DNA from: Spirochaetota bacterium
GTDB lineage: Bacteria; Spirochaetota; UBA4802; JAFGJZ01
DNA length: 64,000 nt
Assembly: GCA_027858855.1 (NCBI GenBank)
Contig: JAQIBV010000039.1
Span: 18,544 to 82,543, forward strand
Direction: 5' to 3'
Both the position numbers and the translations under genes were made by a program. A model generated the notes under the pieces. That model searched no databases, was not told the origin of the DNA, and was given only the letters and a program-made list of their open reading frames with translations. Of the stretch, positions 48,096 to 58,120 are shown in pieces. The first letter of the stretch is position 1, and every line of letters begins with the position of its first letter.

Positions 48096-49070
48096 TTAAG
48101 CGTTTTGTTCAATAGAATTTAGAACTTGAAATAGCTCTTCAATAGTCTTTGCAGTAACCAGAGAATGACGCACCTGCGACGAACCCACGCGGTGATGAAA
48201 ATATTTGACTAGGTGTTTGCGAGCCAGAATAAGCCCCTTCTCACCATAGTAAGCAATCATCATTTCTGCGTGACGCTTTGCCGTAGCAACAACTTCTATC
48301 AGGGTAGGTGTTCGGCCGGAAAAAATCCATGGGTTACCAATTGCACCCCGGGCTATCATGATCCCACTGCATGATGTGTTCTTCAACTTATCGAGAGCCT
48401 GCACGTATGAAGTCACATTACCATTCCCAATTACCGGGATCGGACTATTAGAAGCAATCTCTTCAATAGTCATCCAGTCCGCTTCGCCGGAGTATTGCTG
48501 ATCAGATGTCCGGCCGTGGACGGTTATGGCTTTAGCTCCAGCCTCTACAGCGCGTTCCATTATTGTCATATAATTTTTTGTCTGTTGAGTGAAACCGAGT
48601 CGTATCTTAACAGTAATGGGCAACTTAACTGCAGCAGTAGTCTGATGAATGATATCATAAAACCTGGCCGGATCTTTCATCAAGGCTGCACCTGATCGGT
48701 TAGAACAGACCTTTCGGGCACAACAACCAGAATTAATGTCAATTAGCACAGGAGGGTTTTCTGTTTCACAAACAATCTGAGCGGCACGGGCAATGCGTTC
48801 GGGACTATTGCCGAATAACTGCACAGCAGCTGGAAACTCATTTGCATGCAGACGCATAAGTTCAAAGGTCTTCTTATTTCCACGACACAGGGCTTCGGCA
48901 CTTATCAGCTCTGTGTAAACCATGCCAACACCCTGTTCACGACATAATAGACGAAAAGGATAATCGGTAAAGCCGGCAATAGGAGCCAGAACCAGTGGTG
49001 AAGTAAAGGGGAGATTATCAGAGATCAAAGACCATTCCCTCTGTTGCAAGAAAAAGATCGGGAACATCAA
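48096..49070 (-). CDS. tRNA-dihydrouridine synthase (Dus family); true start may be downstream of the annotated first codon
   Basis: LAPIAGFTDYPFRLLCREQGVGMVYTELIS Dus N-terminal motif; active-site NSGCCARK region (FMN-binding TIM barrel). Confidence 0.8.
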   Translation of the reverse strand: MMFPIFFLQQREWSLISDNLPFTSPLVLAPIAGFTDYPFRLLCREQGVGMVYTELISAEALCRGNKKTFELMRLHANEFPAAVQLFGNSPERIARAAQIVCETENPPVLIDINSGCCARKVCSNRSGAALMKDPARFYDIIHQTTAAVKLPITVKIRLGFTQQTKNYMTIMERAVEAGAKAITVHGRTSDQQYSGEADWMTIEEIASNSPIPVIGNGNVTSYVQALDKLKNTSCSGIMIARGAIGNPWIFSGRTPTLIEVVATAKRHAEMMIAYYGEKGLILARKHLVKYFHHRVGSSQVRHSLVTAKTIEELFQVLNSIEQNA

Positions 49071-49983
49071 TTTCTGCAGCTTTTGAACTGGCGCTCATAT
49101 GGTCACATGCTTCATTATAAATCGAAGCAAGTTTTTCATCAGAATAGGATGGTTCATGGTGGGTCAGGACCAGCTTCTTGATACCCCAAGCTATTCCGCA
49201 GTTAACAGCCATGGAGTAAGAGGTGTGCCCCCAGTCAAATTTGGCAAAAGCTTCATCAAGGGTATATTGTGAATCAAGAATTAGAAGATCTGCATTATAA
49301 AAAAAATCATTATGATCCGTAGTAAATGATTCAACAGCATTACCTCTAAACTCTACATCGGTTGAAAAGATAAAAGTTCTGTTCCCTTCACGAAACCGGT
49401 AAGCAAAGCTACCACCTGGGTGACGCAGCGGAATGAAATCGACAGTTAAAGAGTCATCAATAGAATATTCCTGACTGGCTTTTAGCTGATTAAACTCCTT
49501 TATACTATCTGTATCATCGAATTCACGGGGAAAAAAATTGAATTTTTGCTGATAATCAAGACGGTCGTGAAGGTTTTTAATCGGACTGTTAAAAATGAAG
49601 TGATTTCCAGGTATGTATAGCGGTTTAAAAAAAGGAAGCCCCTGTATATGATCCCAGTGGGTATGAGTAAAGAAAAAGTTTGCAGAAAGTTTTCCACTAC
49701 CAGCATCACCCTGAATCAGCTGATCTCCAAGGGGACGCAACCCTGTGCCGGCGTCAAGAATTACAAGATTTCCTTTTTGGGATGTTACTGTAACACAGGT
49801 AGTATTCCCACCATAAACGGTAGAAAGTGAAGGTGGAAGTTTTGCAATAATTTCATCAATGGACGAATAGGGCAGATCCGACTCAATTGCATTTTTTATT
49901 ATAGCGCGTAAGCGTTGCTGGTACTCATTGTTTGTCAGAGGAGTTGGCAAAGATCCGCGTACGCCCCATAGTTCAATTTTCAT
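49018..49983 (-). CDS. MBL-fold metallo-hydrolase
   Basis: HTHWDHIQG (HxHxDH) zinc-binding motif; Lactamase_B_2-like length; ATG at 49983 immediately follows the TTG at 49986. Confidence 0.65.
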   Translation of the reverse strand: MKIELWGVRGSLPTPLTNNEYQQRLRAIIKNAIESDLPYSSIDEIIAKLPPSLSTVYGGNTTCVTVTSQKGNLVILDAGTGLRPLGDQLIQGDAGSGKLSANFFFTHTHWDHIQGLPFFKPLYIPGNHFIFNSPIKNLHDRLDYQQKFNFFPREFDDTDSIKEFNQLKASQEYSIDDSLTVDFIPLRHPGGSFAYRFREGNRTFIFSTDVEFRGNAVESFTTDHNDFFYNADLLILDSQYTLDEAFAKFDWGHTSYSMAVNCGIAWGIKKLVLTHHEPSYSDEKLASIYNEACDHMSASSKAAEIDVPDLFLATEGMVFDL

Positions 49984-50489
49984 CAATTTACTCGTTAATT
50001 CAGGAATTATCAGACATATTTCTTTTGGGAAACCACATCTTAAAGAGACTTTAAATAATTACAACCCTTATTATATAGAGGTTTTTGAGCAAGCCCCTTT
50101 GTAAAAGTATATGTAAAAAATTATTTTTTTAGATTCTAAAGAAAACATTAAGTTTTCTAAGAACATATCTAGTTAAAAAATGTTTCAAGCAGTAATAAAT
50201 AGAGTAACACTATATTACCATTTTAAGTTCATGCTTGTAAAGAAAAAAATTAAAGGCATGAACTGTGTAATCCTGTGGTAGGCCGGTCTTTATATGACAT
50301 AATTTTTATGTTTGACATATTGATAGCAGTTGCCCTTAATTATTTAGTTATAACTTAAATGAATTATCAGGGGCATTTATAATACGTTGTAATAAATACA
50401 TAATAAATGCGACTTTTCATCTACCCCCTGCTGATAAATCATTATTAAGTTAAATTGTAATTATTATTTAATTTCCGGAGGATCAGTTA

Positions 50490-51323
50490 ATGTCAGTTTT
50501 CTTTTTTAAAATTTTGCCCAAAGGTTGTATTTCCCGTTTTGTGGGGCAAATGACCAGAACTAAATTTTCAGCTCTATTCATTAACTGGTTTATTAAAAAA
50601 TACAATGTAAATACAGATGAAATTGAATATCCGGAAAACGGATTTCACTCTTTCAACCACTTTTTTACCCGAAAACTGAAGAAAGGGATTCATCATATTG
50701 ATCGTGAAAAAAACGCTGTGGTTTCTCCTGTAGACGGACGGATTGATGAATGCGGTCCGATAACCGGTACTCGTATTATGCAGGCAAAAAATCTCGATTA
50801 CCTTGTGTCAGACCTTATTCCGTCAGATTGTCATCATCTTTTTATCGATGGTTTTTTTATTACGCTCTATCTTTCACCTGCCGATTATCACCGTATTCAT
50901 TCTCCTCTTAATGCAAAAATTAATGAACTGATATATGCACCTGGTAAACTTTTTCCGGTTAAAGAGGTAATTACACGTTCTGTTGCGCGGGTATTTTCGC
51001 GAAATGAACGCATGATAACGCTTATGGAAAGCAACTTCGGACGTTGTGCAGTTTGTAAGATTGGAGCTATGAATGTTGGACGGATCTCTGTAAATTTCGA
51101 CACAATAGAGAGTAATAAGAGTATATTGCGCAGGGGAGCACGAAAGGTATATGGCAAGATGGCTCCACTGGTTCGTCGTGGAGACGAGATTGGTCGTTTT
51201 AATATGGGATCAACGGTAATAATGCTTTTTGAAAAAGATATGTTCGAACCTTTCATGTTGCGTAAGGGCGAATCTGTACGGGTTGGTCAGAAACTTGGTA
51301 CTTTGAAGCAAAAAGAAAAATAG
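50490..51323 (+). CDS. psd: Phosphatidylserine decarboxylase proenzyme
   Basis: YLSPADYHRIHSP motif; GST autocleavage motif (FNMGSTVIM). Confidence 0.8.
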   Translation: MSVFFFKILPKGCISRFVGQMTRTKFSALFINWFIKKYNVNTDEIEYPENGFHSFNHFFTRKLKKGIHHIDREKNAVVSPVDGRIDECGPITGTRIMQAKNLDYLVSDLIPSDCHHLFIDGFFITLYLSPADYHRIHSPLNAKINELIYAPGKLFPVKEVITRSVARVFSRNERMITLMESNFGRCAVCKIGAMNVGRISVNFDTIESNKSILRRGARKVYGKMAPLVRRGDEIGRFNMGSTVIMLFEKDMFEPFMLRKGESVRVGQKLGTLKQKEK

Positions 51324-51405
51324 GTGGTAACTATGCAGTTTTTTGTTACTTACATAGAACTTCTCTTGAGGGAATCTGCTATTTATCCGATATTAGGTAT
51401 GTACT

Positions 51406-52299
51406 ATGAGTAGAAAAAATGATCGCATAAACAGGGGTCTACCTATGAAACAGTCACTATCGGTGCCATCCGAAGCAATTGATATCTACAACAATGCGCT
51501 CAACTTTTCAAATATGGGGAAATATGATGTAGCTCTTAATGAGTACAAACGAGCCATATCAATATACCCGCAATTTCTGGAAGCATATAATAACATTGGT
51601 GAAATATATTCGAAAATGGGTGACTTCTCAAATGCAATAACTACCTATGAAGAAGCATTGACAATTTCACGAAACGACCGTGTTTTACTCAACATTGGTG
51701 TTGAGTACTATAATCAGCAGAAGTATGATAAAGCTCTCGTTTACTTTAAAGATTCCATCTCTATCAATCCCGGCTTTCTTGAGAGCCATTTTTATGCAGC
51801 GATGGCCTTTTTTAATAAAGAGGATTATAATAGCGCAGTAACCCATTTTCAAAAAGTAATAAACTTCGACCAGCGACATCTGAAAGCTAACTATCTTCTT
51901 TCATACATATACTATGAGTGGAAACAGTATCGGAATGCTGCTACCTGTCTTGAACGAATCATGGATATTGCAGATGATAAACAGTTTGTTAACCGTTATT
52001 ATGGTTTTTGCATGTATCATCTTGGTAATTATGATAAGGCTGTTGACTATCTGCAAGTAGCCCTGAAAGAGAATCCGGCATATTCCCGCTTCAAAAATTA
52101 TCTTTCATCCCTTACATACGAAAACAAGATTAAGGAAGTCGGTGATGTTAAAGAAAAAATAAAAGAGATGGAGGCAAAGGTGATGCACAAAGATTCTAAA
52201 CCATCATTGAAGGAGTACAGCCGTTTGTCGATGCTCTATATTTTTAATGGAGAATATAAAAAAGCCGAAGATCTCTTAACTTCATATAAATTACAGTAG
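51406..52299 (+). CDS. Tetratricopeptide-repeat (TPR) protein
   Basis: Multiple 34-aa W-LG-Y/A-F-A-P repeat units (AYNNIGEIYSKMGDFSNAITTYEEAL etc.). Confidence 0.7.
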   Translation: MSRKNDRINRGLPMKQSLSVPSEAIDIYNNALNFSNMGKYDVALNEYKRAISIYPQFLEAYNNIGEIYSKMGDFSNAITTYEEALTISRNDRVLLNIGVEYYNQQKYDKALVYFKDSISINPGFLESHFYAAMAFFNKEDYNSAVTHFQKVINFDQRHLKANYLLSYIYYEWKQYRNAATCLERIMDIADDKQFVNRYYGFCMYHLGNYDKAVDYLQVALKENPAYSRFKNYLSSLTYENKIKEVGDVKEKIKEMEAKVMHKDSKPSLKEYSRLSMLYIFNGEYKKAEDLLTSYKLQ

Positions 52300-52441
52300 A
52301 GAAAAATCAAAAATAAAAAATTACCATTCATATAAGCCTCAATAAGACAATATATAACTGTCACCTGTACACAGGTGGCTATTTTCTAAAGTATTCGTAA
52401 TTGGCCCTAATGCGATCAATCATGAAAATATGGAGTAAAGA

Positions 52442-52960
52442 ATGAAATTCGGGATCAAAATATTAATAATTGCAACAGTTTTGTTTTCAATTTTATCATG
52501 TAAATCAGCATCCAGACTGCCGGACACCCCTTCAGGTAAAGCGCTGGTCTTCATGCCTGTAAACCTTGAAGGGCCGGCTTCAGCCCATATTTTGTTGAGT
52601 AACCAAAAAGGGGAAGAGATAAAAGTAATGGTACGTAACGGCAGTTCAATTGCTACCTTTTTTGCTACACCAGATTCACGTTACACCCTGGTGCATGTTG
52701 ATGTAGATAAAAGCAAACTCAAAATAAAAAAGGCACCTGTAATACATGGTTTTTCGGTCGGAGCCTATAATTATGCATTAACTCTAAACATTGTAAGCAC
52801 AGGTTTTATTCGAAGACTAACTCCATACAATAATGAAGAATATTTTGAGGAAGCACAGAAGCAGTTTAAACGGCATTTTCCTGCCGACAGTGAGAGCCGA
52901 TCTTTTGTAAGGTTGCCTACAGAAAATACAGTTGAAAAAGCAGAGCTTATTTCATTTTAA
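52442..52960 (+). CDS. Hypothetical lipoprotein (signal peptide + lipobox ILSC)
   Basis: MKFGIKILIIATVLFSILSCKS. Confidence 0.45.
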   Translation: MKFGIKILIIATVLFSILSCKSASRLPDTPSGKALVFMPVNLEGPASAHILLSNQKGEEIKVMVRNGSSIATFFATPDSRYTLVHVDVDKSKLKIKKAPVIHGFSVGAYNYALTLNIVSTGFIRRLTPYNNEEYFEEAQKQFKRHFPADSESRSFVRLPTENTVEKAELISF

Positions 52961-53013
52961 GAAAAAAAGGGGGAATAAACTTTACTCAAGTGATGCCCTC
53001 TCTTTTCCTTCCT

Positions 53014-53817
53014 TTACTTTTTATTTTTTTTTCGATACAGCAAAAACGAGATTATCAAAGACAGTTCATACAAAAACATTAATGGAATGGCAATTATTGT
53101 CTGTGTAAGTATGTCCGGTGGAGTCAGGATAGCTGAAAATATCCAGATTGCCAAAATTGCATATTTTCGCTTATCGATTAACAGGCCTGGCGTTATGACC
53201 CCCAGTTTTGTTAAAAGTGCTACGATAACTGGAAGTTCAAAAACAACACCAATCGCTGTCATTAAAACAAGCAGGAAACTGAAATAGTTGCTCATATTAA
53301 TAATATTTTCAACTTCAGCATGTGCAAACTGTATTATCATTCTGACAGTAAACGGAATTATAAAATGAAAACAGAAGATAGCTCCGGTATAAAAAAGTAG
53401 CAGAGCAAAAAAGAGTGCAATGCGTATAAACATTCTATTTTTTGGCGTAATCGCAGGCCTGATAAACCGCCAGAGTTGAAAAACGGCTAAGGGCAAACAT
53501 ATGGTGATAGCCGCTGCTAAAGCAAGTTTCAACTGAACGACAATACTCTCACCCATAAAATCATATTTAAGCTGAAGTACATGCAGATTATTTTTAATCG
53601 GTAAGAGCAGAAAATCATGAATAATGCTGTTAAAATAGAGACCTATTGCAAAAAAAATAATAATAGCAGAAAGAGTCACCAGAAGTCGCCCACGAAGCTC
53701 ACCAAGGTGAGCGGAATAATCAAGAGGCAAGTCACCGCGTAGTGATGCTCCATTATCATCAGAGTAATGAGTTTCCAAATCTGATATTTTTTTATCAAGC
53801 TTACTCTTGTTCTTCAT
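53014..53817 (-). CDS. tatC: Twin-arginine translocase subunit TatC
   Basis: HLGELRGRL motif after the N-terminal extension; 6 TM helices in TatC pattern. Confidence 0.8.
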   Translation of the reverse strand: MKNKSKLDKKISDLETHYSDDNGASLRGDLPLDYSAHLGELRGRLLVTLSAIIIFFAIGLYFNSIIHDFLLLPIKNNLHVLQLKYDFMGESIVVQLKLALAAAITICLPLAVFQLWRFIRPAITPKNRMFIRIALFFALLLFYTGAIFCFHFIIPFTVRMIIQFAHAEVENIINMSNYFSFLLVLMTAIGVVFELPVIVALLTKLGVITPGLLIDKRKYAILAIWIFSAILTPPDILTQTIIAIPLMFLYELSLIISFLLYRKKNKK

Positions 53818-54381
53818 ATATATCCTAAATTGAGAGTAAAAAATTGTTAAAAAACTGTAGTGACCTTTTGAAAATGAAGTTTTAATCCTTTCAACGTCTC
53901 TAGATTTTTCAAGGTTAACAAAACACTAAATATGAACTGAAACGACGTCACCTTCTAAAATAAGGTAATTTTTCGAAGTTCTCTAGTGATTTTATTGTTC
54001 TTTTGAAATAAAATACAGAATACACCTAATGTGATAGCACACCATTGTTCAAGATATATTTTCCAGGCCCAACAAGCTGTCAATTTCGAATTCCTATATA
54101 TTAAATTAAATAAGCCTGTATTTTCATGCTTAAAAAGGTGCAGAAGAATAGCTTGACAAATTATGTCACCTGACAAGATAGTTCCAGATTATCCAGTAGA
54201 GGTGGCCTATGTTAGTGAGTGAATGTAAATTATGTAATTTTCATATCTGTGTTATGAAAAGCTGTATTATGTGCGGTTATAAAATCGATCGTAGTGAATT
54301 ACCCATCGTATGCGGTGATAACGACCAGATGCTTGTGGATGGCTGTCCAAAAGAAAAATAGAGCTTTAAGCCTTAATTCAG

Positions 54382-54414
54382 TAACCCCGTTTCCCGATAA
54401 TTGTAACGGGGTTT
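54382..54414 (+). promoter_or_regulatory. Perfect 10-bp stem hairpin TAACCCCGTT...AACGGGGTTA ending 3 nt before the NlpC/P60 start codon; the G-rich 3' arm is the only SD-like element
   Basis: Read directly. Confidence 0.5.
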
Positions 54415-54417
54415 ACT

Positions 54418-54969
54418 ATGAAAAAAAATGCGTCTGCTCTTATATTGATTTTTGTATTGTCTATAATATCTGCCTGTACTCCGCCTCCCGGTACACAATT
54501 TGCCGGTATTCAGAGAGTCAGGCAGCACTCCGCTTATGGACGAGACTCAAATCATTTTGTAACCAATGGCAATTCTGTAGCAACTGTTCCCGCAAGAGGT
54601 GCTGCAGGTGCAATTATTAAACGGGCCAAAAGTGCTATAGGTGTTCCATATAAATACGGAGGAAGTGACAGAAGTGGTTTCGACTGCTCCGGCCTTGTTC
54701 TTTATTCCTATAAGCCTGTTGGCATTTCTCTTCCAAGAAAAGCCAGTTCGCAATTTAAGGCGGGACGCCGAATAAATCTCTCACAGGCAAAACCCGGTGA
54801 TCTGCTTTTTTTTAAAACCAACCGAACCTCAATATCCCATGTAGGTATTTTTATGGGCAATGGATCCTTTATTCATGCGCCCTCAAAAGGCAAAAATGTA
54901 CGAATTGACTCACTTTCGAATCCCTACTGGCAAAAAGTTTATGCCGGTTCTGCAACCTACATTCGTTGA
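54418..54969 (+). CDS. NlpC/P60-family cell-wall hydrolase lipoprotein
   Basis: Lipobox IISACT; catalytic Cys GFDCSGLV and His (ISHVGIFMGNGSFIHAP). Confidence 0.8.
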   Translation: MKKNASALILIFVLSIISACTPPPGTQFAGIQRVRQHSAYGRDSNHFVTNGNSVATVPARGAAGAIIKRAKSAIGVPYKYGGSDRSGFDCSGLVLYSYKPVGISLPRKASSQFKAGRRINLSQAKPGDLLFFKTNRTSISHVGIFMGNGSFIHAPSKGKNVRIDSLSNPYWQKVYAGSATYIR

Positions 54970-55024
54970 GAATATTTCTTTACAAATAGGGACTGTCGGC
55001 TATTCAGGTATCCTGTGAGGATCT

Positions 55025-56071
55025 ATGAAACGAATATCCGATATCTTCCCTGATAAAAGAGTGATCTTTGTAGCTGAAATAGGCATAAATCACAATGGCA
55101 ATATAAGCACTGCCAAAACTATGATCGATGCGGCTAAAATGGCGGGCGCTGATGCGGTAAAAATACAGAGCATTGTGCCTGAAGAGTTATATTCGCGTTA
55201 CAGCTTCTCTTTATCCCGTAATGAGTCTCCCCTGATTGAAGACCTTAGTACAATTGATTTTTTTGAAAAATTCAGGCTATCCGAAGAAGAGCATCATCAG
55301 CTTTTTGCATATGCCCATACGAAGGAGATCGAACTTTTTTCCACAGCCTTTGACATTGGGACTGTTGACATGCTTGAAAGAATGGGGGCCAGGCTCTATA
55401 AAATTGCATCGTCTGATGTAACAAATCATCATTTAATTGAACACATTGCCAGTAAAGGAATGCCTGTAATTCTATCTACGGGAATGTCCTCTTTTTCGCA
55501 AATAGATCAAGCAGTGAATATTCTTAGCGAGAAGCAAATTGATATTACTCTTCTACATTGTGTTTCTCTCTATCCGGCACCTCCGGAGTCCATGAATCTC
55601 AGGAAAATTGATCGTTTGAAAGAACGGTATAGTTTGCCTGTGGGGATTTCAGATCATAGCGTTGATGAGCTTGTTTTAACAGGGGCCTTTTTTAAGGGTA
55701 TAAGCATGATTGAGTGTCATTTTACAGACAGTTATAGCCGGGAGTGCCCTGATCGGGATGTTTCGTACGACACTGAAAAATTCCGTTCAATGGTTGACAA
55801 TATTGTACGTTTACAGAAAATTGATGGTACAGGCTCTGATTCAATCACTCCTGAAGAGTCGGTAATTGCAGATCTATCAAGACGTTCCCTTTTTGCCGCT
55901 TCTGATATTCCAGCGGGAACAGTACTAACAGAAGATCTAGTCTGCTGCAAGCGTCCTGGAAGGGGAATATCGGCTGACAATTACAATGAAATACTTGGCA
56001 AGAAGTTAAAGCATCCCGTTTTGTCGGATATGCCTTTGCTATATGAAGATATAGATTCTGAGAATTACTAA
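55025..56071 (+). CDS. NeuB-family sialic/nonulosonic acid synthase (N-terminal TIM barrel + C-terminal SAF domain)
   Basis: VIFVAEIGINHNGNISTAKTMIDAAKMAGADAVKIQ N-terminal motif; C-terminal SAF-like CCKRPGRGIS. Confidence 0.75.
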   Translation: MKRISDIFPDKRVIFVAEIGINHNGNISTAKTMIDAAKMAGADAVKIQSIVPEELYSRYSFSLSRNESPLIEDLSTIDFFEKFRLSEEEHHQLFAYAHTKEIELFSTAFDIGTVDMLERMGARLYKIASSDVTNHHLIEHIASKGMPVILSTGMSSFSQIDQAVNILSEKQIDITLLHCVSLYPAPPESMNLRKIDRLKERYSLPVGISDHSVDELVLTGAFFKGISMIECHFTDSYSRECPDRDVSYDTEKFRSMVDNIVRLQKIDGTGSDSITPEESVIADLSRRSLFAASDIPAGTVLTEDLVCCKRPGRGISADNYNEILGKKLKHPVLSDMPLLYEDIDSENY

Positions 56072-56128
56072 AGAAGTATGCTTTTAATAAATCGATTATA
56101 TGGACTCACGTGCCATTTGGAGTTGTAA

Positions 56129-56731
56129 ATGAAAAAAGCCATATTAGTACTTGTTCTTCTGCTAGTGTCGTGTGACTTATTTATGGTCAGAAAAAACAGC
56201 TATTATACAAAAGATCAGTTTAAGATGCTGGAAAAGAGTGCCGGAGATCTCAATCTTGATTTCGGTTATGATTCTTCTATAGATCTCAATTATTTCTATG
56301 AACAAAAACATAATTCCGAAAAGATAGGTGTTCTTATGCGAGGGCGCGGATTGCAACAATCTTCGCCTGTTGGATCGGACTCCGCTCCCTCAAAAACAGA
56401 GGTAGCACCGGTAGACAAGGATTCATTTTACAGTAGTATTTCTGAATATCCTGTAACAGATCAATTTCATCTACTCACAAAAGTCTATTTTCTTTATGAA
56501 CGGACTCTCTACATGAAACATGTATATGAAAAAACAAAATCCTGGCGTAATTATAACATTCTAAATCTTGAATATTCACCTGCTATTGAACTATATTATA
56601 ATTCATTTCATGATTACTTCAAGCAGACTAATCCAAAGCTCTATTCGGATTTTTTAAAGCAAAAAGATGACATTCGTATTAATGCAATAACTGAAGTTCA
56701 AAAAGAGCATACAATAGTTGATGAGTATTAA
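56129..56731 (+). CDS. Hypothetical lipoprotein (LVSCDLF lipobox)
   Basis: Signal peptide/lipobox only. Confidence 0.4.
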   Translation: MKKAILVLVLLLVSCDLFMVRKNSYYTKDQFKMLEKSAGDLNLDFGYDSSIDLNYFYEQKHNSEKIGVLMRGRGLQQSSPVGSDSAPSKTEVAPVDKDSFYSSISEYPVTDQFHLLTKVYFLYERTLYMKHVYEKTKSWRNYNILNLEYSPAIELYYNSFHDYFKQTNPKLYSDFLKQKDDIRINAITEVQKEHTIVDEY

Positions 56732-56839
56732 AAAAGAGAGAACCTGCAACAAGAATAATCAGTTCAGTACCAGAGACTCTATTTGGTACTGAAAGATACA
56801 CTCACATATTTAATTATAAAACTACTGGAGAAATAAGTA

Positions 56840-57946
56840 ATGGCTTTATCTATAGGTATCGTCGGACTCCCTAATGTCGGGAAGTCCACACTGTTTAACA
56901 GCCTTTCTAAATCAGCACATGCTGAATCAGCAAATTATCCATTTTGTACAATAGAACCTAATTCGGCAATTGTTCCGGTTCCGGATTCACGTCTTTCTGA
57001 GCTTGCAGAAATTGTAAGTCCTCAACGGGTCCTGCATGCAACGGTCGAATTCACCGATATCGCCGGTCTGGTAAAAGGGGCATCTAAAGGGGAGGGGCTG
57101 GGGAATCAGTTTTTATCTCATATTCGTGAGACTTCAGCCATTGTACATGTTGTTCGCTGTTTTGATGATGATAACATTGTACATGTTGAGGGGTCGGTTG
57201 ATCCGGTACGTGATTGCGAAGTAATCGGAACAGAACTTCTGCTTGCAGATATCCAGATGCTTGAAAAAAGACTCGAAAGACTTGAAAAACAGGTGAGACA
57301 GGATAAAAAATTACAACCTCTCTTTGATTTAACAAAAACCATGCTGGATCATCTAAACGAGGGCAATCCCGCATCCTCGTTCAAATGCCATGATGAAGAG
57401 CTTTACTCTCTGTTTACTCAGGAGATAAAACTGATTACAGCAAAAAAAGTAATTTTTGCTGCAAATGTTGATGAAGATTCTCTGGCCGAGGGAAACCACT
57501 ATGTAGAAGCGCTTCGTGTTTATGCAGAAAAAACAGGCAATCCTCACGTTGTTACAGTCAGTGCTAAAATTGAAGAGGAACTTATCGGGATGGAAGAGGA
57601 CGAGAGGTGTGAATATCTTGAATCCATCGGAGTCTCTACAGAAAGTGGACTGGACAGAATAATCCAAATGGGATATAATACACTCGGATTGATTAGTTAC
57701 TTCACGGCCGGCGTTAAGGAGGTGCGCGCATGGACGATTCAGAAAGGCTGGAAGGCGCCCAAGGCTGCCTCTGTGATCCATAATGATTTTGAACGCGGAT
57801 TTATCCGTGCCGAAGTTGTCAGCTACTCTGATTTTATAGAGAACAGGGGTGAAAACGGTGCAAGGTCGGCCGGGAAACTGCGTACTGAAGGTAAAGAGTA
57901 TGTAGTTGTCGATGGAGATGTCATGCACTTCCTGTTTAATGTATAA
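56840..57946 (+). CDS. ychF: Ribosome-binding ATPase/GTPase YchF (Obg family, C-terminal TGS domain)
   Basis: G1 GIVGLPNVGKSTLFN; FTDIAGLV G3; C-terminal TGS (AWTIQKGWKAPKAASVIHNDFERGFIRAEVV). Confidence 0.9.
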   Translation: MALSIGIVGLPNVGKSTLFNSLSKSAHAESANYPFCTIEPNSAIVPVPDSRLSELAEIVSPQRVLHATVEFTDIAGLVKGASKGEGLGNQFLSHIRETSAIVHVVRCFDDDNIVHVEGSVDPVRDCEVIGTELLLADIQMLEKRLERLEKQVRQDKKLQPLFDLTKTMLDHLNEGNPASSFKCHDEELYSLFTQEIKLITAKKVIFAANVDEDSLAEGNHYVEALRVYAEKTGNPHVVTVSAKIEEELIGMEEDERCEYLESIGVSTESGLDRIIQMGYNTLGLISYFTAGVKEVRAWTIQKGWKAPKAASVIHNDFERGFIRAEVVSYSDFIENRGENGARSAGKLRTEGKEYVVVDGDVMHFLFNV

Positions 57947-58089
57947 ACCCTTCAGCAAGCTCTATACAGGGAAACTTCTAAAAAAAAACAGCCTTTGTAA
58001 CAAAAAAGTATTGATTATGTCTGATAATACCATATAGTTATTGAAGGTTGTTCCTAAAAAATTATAGTTTTATTAAAGTAATTACTTAA

Positions 58090-58120
58090 AAACCCCGATT
58101 CCGTGGGGTTTTATCTATTT
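58090..58120. terminator. Bidirectional rho-independent terminator candidate: AAACCCC-gattccgt-GGGGTTT followed by T-rich tract on both strands
   Basis: Read directly; lies about 145 nt downstream of ychF. Confidence 0.5.

Noticed and set aside
54294-54620. 108-aa ORF overlapping the NlpC/P60 gene in another frame
   Set aside because: Cys-rich, low-complexity translation with no RBS. It overlaps a gene with clear NlpC/P60 catalytic motifs and a lipoprotein signal.
56763-56793. 10-bp-stem hairpin (TTCAGTACCA...TGGTACTGAA) between a lipoprotein gene and ychF, considered as a terminator
   Set aside because: No U-tract follows on either strand. It may still be an RNA structure, but the evidence for a terminator is insufficient.
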